From contig JANOXY010000424.1 of assembly GCA_031418675.1 (NCBI GenBank), positions 1 to 38,779 of the forward strand: 38,779 bases of DNA. The letters run 5' to 3'. The notes below the pieces were generated by a model, which worked only from the letters and a program-made list of their open reading frames with translations, searched no databases and was not told the origin of the DNA. This DNA comes from Pseudomonadota bacterium (GTDB lineage Bacteria > Pseudomonadota > Gammaproteobacteria > Ga0077536). The translations under genes and the position numbers were made by a program. Shown here piece after piece: positions 38,394 to 38,779 of the stretch; position 1 is the stretch's first letter, and every line of letters starts with the position of its first letter.

Positions 38394-38779
38394 GCTCTGG
38401 CCCTCTCGTGCCTAGATCCTGCAGCACAACGTTCCTCCGGGAGTTTACGTGAGGCCCAACGTGTTGGTGAGGGGCGGAAGAGCGCGCGGCGCGGGGGAGT
38501 CCCCTCGACCAACTGGTTATGCGGCGGGCGGGGAGTTCGCACTGTGGACCTCTTCAACGCCGCGCGCGCTGACACACTGTGCGCAGAATAGCTGAGTTGC
38601 TGCCTTGTTGGTCGCTGATAGGGTGTCCCGCCAAAAGAACGCGCGAGGGTGTGCCACCAGAAAGGGGCTGCACTGAACCGAACCGAGCCACCAACCCGCG
38701 AACGCCCTGCTTTCCAGAGCTTCGCGTGGTGACTGATAGGCACTACTGCTCGAGTTTGGATTTCAGACGGGCCCGCATT

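Noticed and set aside
37843-38462. 12-nt inverted match GTTGGGCCTCAC (37843-37854) / GTGAGGCCCAAC (38451-38462) flanking gene 37851..38393.
   Set aside because: A single 12-mer inverted match is expected many times by chance among all position pairs in a 38.8-kb window. There is no extended similarity around it.
38608-38740. Two direct copies of a GGT-NN-CTGATAGG-like motif about 118 nt apart (38608-38623 and 38726-38740).
   Set aside because: Only 12 of 16 positions match and there are only two copies. Evidence is insufficient for iterons or operators.
38390-38743. 117-aa minus-strand ORF, and a 70-aa plus-strand ORF at 38379-38591.
   Set aside because: Arg/Pro/Ser-rich, non-protein-like composition, with no RBS or family resemblance.

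Overview
High-GC chromosomal segment with Pseudomonas-like gammaproteobacterial synteny, in three parts.

(1) 1-24.3 kb is core housekeeping DNA:
- a TgpA-type transglutaminase gene interrupted by one in-frame TAA
- msbA, phosphoribulokinase and an orphan ParA-like ATPase
- a Tat-exported flavin amine oxidase coupled to a signal-peptide-bearing RidA
- an M20 peptidase, an amidohydrolase, a CMD-family protein and an MFS transporter
- the hemC-hemD-hemX-hemY operon
- gshB, two tandem TonB-like genes, yqgE, ruvX, pyrR, pyrB, a histidine-less (non-catalytic type) dihydroorotase-like gene and a PyrK-like gene

(2) 24.3-31.3 kb is an unbroken minus-strand run of small accessory genes. It includes a glutaredoxin-like protein, an alkyltransferase-like ATL, lipoproteins, GFA, cupin, SnoaL, GST, GNAT, DUF3465 and several unknowns. 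It ends in a decayed 3' remnant of an intracellular PHB depolymerase gene.

(3) From about 31.3 kb to the window end the DNA is visibly more A/T-rich and looks foreign and decaying:
- unknown genes and a SAM-methyltransferase / FAD-monooxygenase pair
- a roughly 70-nt repeat family in three copies
- an IS110-family element with an internally deleted, amber-interrupted transposase and a structured upstream leader
- a VPLPA-CTERM secreted-protein gene interrupted by one amber codon

I recognised no rRNA, tRNA or CRISPR array by eye. I see no compelling multi-gene novel system. The most interesting items are the island junction with its repeat family and IS110 relationship, and the exported oxidase/RidA pair.
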